Virus record (IMG/VR): IMGVR_UViG_3300028394_002328
Coordinates: 124,001-188,000 of that record
DNA: 64,000 nucleotides
Reading direction: 5' to 3' (one strand)
The stretch's first letter is position 1; each line of letters begins with the position of its first letter. Positions 62,087-64,000 of the stretch are shown piece by piece. The notes under the pieces are model-generated. The model worked only from the letters and a program-made list of their open reading frames with translations, searched no databases and was not told the DNA's origin. Position numbers and translations under genes: made by a program.

Positions 62087-64000
62087 GTGAGTAATTCACC
62101 CGAAATTGAAACTATCATTGAAAGGGCTATTGCCTTTGCTAAAGAAAAAAATCATCAATATTGCACAGTAGAACATCTGTTATTGTCTCTTATTAACTTT
62201 CCACCATTCAAAAAGTGTTTAGTTAATTTTGGTGCAGATATTGATACAATGAACGATGAAGTGAATGCATATCTTAACGGAATGCATGCCATTGAATCTA
62301 AAAATAATGAAACTACTCCAAGAAAAACCAATAGTTTAGAGCGTGTTATTAACCGTAGCGTAACACAAGTATTGTTTACAGGTCGTCGCCAAGTAACAAC
62401 TATTGACCTTTATCTTAGTATTGCTAGCGAGGGTAATAGCCATGCTCATTATTTCTTGTTGAAATATGGTATTAATAAGGCTGAGTTCGTTCAACACTGG
62501 CAGAAAACATATAAGGGTCAAGAATATACAGGTAATTTGTCTGACCAACAAGCAGATGAAATCTTAGAAGAATATACTATCAATCTTACTACACTAGCCA
62601 AAGAAAATAAACTAGAACCTGTTATTGGTCGTAGCAAAGAACTTGATGATATTATCAATGTATTGGCTAAACGGTTTAAGTCAAATGTACTAATGGTAGG
62701 TGACCCAGGTGTAGGTAAAACTGCTATTGTTGAAGGTCTAGCACAGGCTATCAACAATGGAGATATCCCCCAGTTTCTCAATGGTTATCAATTGTATTCA
62801 CTTGAGATTGGTAGTCTACTTGCTGGTAGTAAATATCGCGGTGACTTTGAAGAAAAAGTCAAACATGTTATTGACGCACTTAACACCAAAAAGAAAGCAA
62901 TTCTCTTTATTGATGAAGCACATACTATGCAGGGTGCGGGTGGTGCTAGCAATGGTAGTGTAGACTTTGCTAATATGATTAAGCCAGCAATTACTAAAGG
63001 TACACTTAAGGTTATTGCTAGTACTACTTGGGAAGAGTTTTACGAAAGTTTTGAAAAAGATCGGGCGCTAATGCGTAGGTTCTATCGTATTGGTATTGAT
63101 GAGCCAAGTCAGGATAGTACTGTTCGTATCTTGTCAGGATTAAGCACTAGGTTGAATGATTTCCATCAAGTAGAAATCACTGATGAAGCAATCAAAGCCG
63201 CAGTAGAAAGTTCAGGCCGTTATATTCATGACCGTAAAAATCCTGATAAGTCTATTGATTTGCTTGATGCAGCCTGTGCTAAACAGCGTGTATTGGGTAA
63301 TGAAGGTGCGGTAATTACTAAAGAACTTATCTTTGAACAAGTAGAAAAATATACTGGAGTACCTGCTGATAAACTAAAAGGTGATAATTTCAGTAAGATT
63401 CAGAACTTGGAAATTAATATCAAAGGTAAACTCTACGGTCAAAATGAAACCGTTGAAAAAGTCCTTGAGCGAGTATATGTTAGTTTTGCAGGTATTGGTA
63501 ATGATACTAAGCCTACAGCAAGTTTCTTGTTCTTAGGCCCAACTGGTACAGGTAAAACTGAACTTGCGAAATTGTTAGGTAAGAACCTTGATATGCCTTT
63601 ACTTAAGTATGACATGACCGAATATGGAGAAAAACATAGCGTTAGCAGTTTGATTGGACCTCCCCCAGGTTATGTTGGGTTTGGTGATAGTCAAGTATCA
63701 GGTGGTCGTTTGATTAACGATTTGAGTAAGAACCCACATAGTATTCTATTGTTTGATGAGGTAGAAAAAGCTCACCCAGATATTTTTAATATCTTTTTAC
63801 AAATGCTAGACGAAGGACGTATTACCGGTAGTAATGGTAAAGAAGTAAGTTGTAAGAATACTATTATTATCATGACCAGTAACTTGGGATCGAGTGATAG
63901 TGAACGCAATAACATTGGCTTTGGTGATCAAGAAAAAACAGGTGAAGATGACCGAGCGTTGAAAGAATTCTTCAAGCCTGAGTTTAGAAATCGTTTGGAT
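62087..64000 (+). CDS. clpA: ClpA-type Hsp100 AAA+ ATPase, 3'-truncated (not in ORF track)
   Basis: Manually translated from GTG: HQYCTVEHLLL, PVIGR, GDPGVGKT, KYRGDFEE, LFIDEAH, PDKSIDLLD, FLGPTGTGKTELAK, LIGPPPGYVG, LFDEVEKAHPD, KPEFRNRLD. No ClpB-type long middle domain between the two AAA modules. Confidence 0.95.
   Translation, partial: MSNSPEIETIIERAIAFAKEKNHQYCTVEHLLLSLINFPPFKKCLVNFGADIDTMNDEVNAYLNGMHAIESKNNETTPRKTNSLERVINRSVTQVLFTGRRQVTTIDLYLSIASEGNSHAHYFLLKYGINKAEFVQHWQKTYKGQEYTGNLSDQQADEILEEYTINLTTLAKENKLEPVIGRSKELDDIINVLAKRFKSNVLMVGDPGVGKTAIVEGLAQAINNGDIPQFLNGYQLYSLEIGSLLAGSKYRGDFEEKVKHVIDALNTKKKAILFIDEAHTMQGAGGASNGSVDFANMIKPAITKGTLKVIASTTWEEFYESFEKDRALMRRFYRIGIDEPSQDSTVRILSGLSTRLNDFHQVEITDEAIKAAVESSGRYIHDRKNPDKSIDLLDAACAKQRVLGNEGAVITKELIFEQVEKYTGVPADKLKGDNFSKIQNLEINIKGKLYGQNETVEKVLERVYVSFAGIGNDTKPTASFLFLGPTGTGKTELAKLLGKNLDMPLLKYDMTEYGEKHSVSSLIGPPPGYVGFGDSQVSGGRLINDLSKNPHSILLFDEVEKAHPDIFNIFLQMLDEGRITGSNGKEVSCKNTIIIMTSNLGSSDSERNNIGFGDQEKTGEDDRALKEFFKPEFRNRLD

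Noticed and set aside
62085-62090. ATG-TGA minimal ORF overlapping the clpA GTG start
   Set aside because: Likely incidental; the GTG frame gives an intact ClpA N-domain.
1-64000. Stop-codon reassignment as seen in some large phages
   Set aside because: Standard code gives long, tightly packed ORFs; TAA, TGA (5420, 5859, 6354, 24947) and TAG (5065, 22065) all end genes at sensible boundaries.
1-64000. tRNA or structured ncRNA genes
   Set aside because: Intergenic gaps are mostly under 50 nt; the largest (9415-9515, 26937-27103) are explained by terminators and promoters and show no cloverleaf.

Overview
AT-rich, densely coding segment of a large T4-like (probably jumbo) myophage genome; almost every gene is on the + strand. 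Order: (1) 1-9.4 kb tail sheath (5'-truncated), tail tube, tube-initiator-like protein, gp4-like head-completion nuclease, possible small terminase and putative internal head proteins; (2) 9.5-21.8 kb a 2620-aa fibre with ~1430 residues of proline-free Gly-X-Ser/Thr repeat, a GH19 lysin and Ig-type structural genes; (3) 21.8-28.6 kb a non-structural island (DnaE fragment, GroES, YccA/BI-1, clamp loader, PhoH); (4) 28.6-59.6 kb about 31 kb of fibre/adhesin genes, including seven paralogous genes with nine glycine-rich tip domains, two small 'MAHYAF' partner genes, two more Gly-X-Ser fibres and an FN3-LamG protein; (5) 59.6-64 kb a 3TM holin-like gene, a secreted alpha-carbonic anhydrase, DnaJ and ClpA (3'-truncated, missing from the ORF track). 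T4-type late promoter cores (TAAATA) sit in most intergenic gaps, several so close to the ATG that the mRNAs may be leaderless. All family assignments are from motif recognition by eye; no database search was run. No tRNA, CRISPR array, integrase, transposase or reverse transcriptase was seen.
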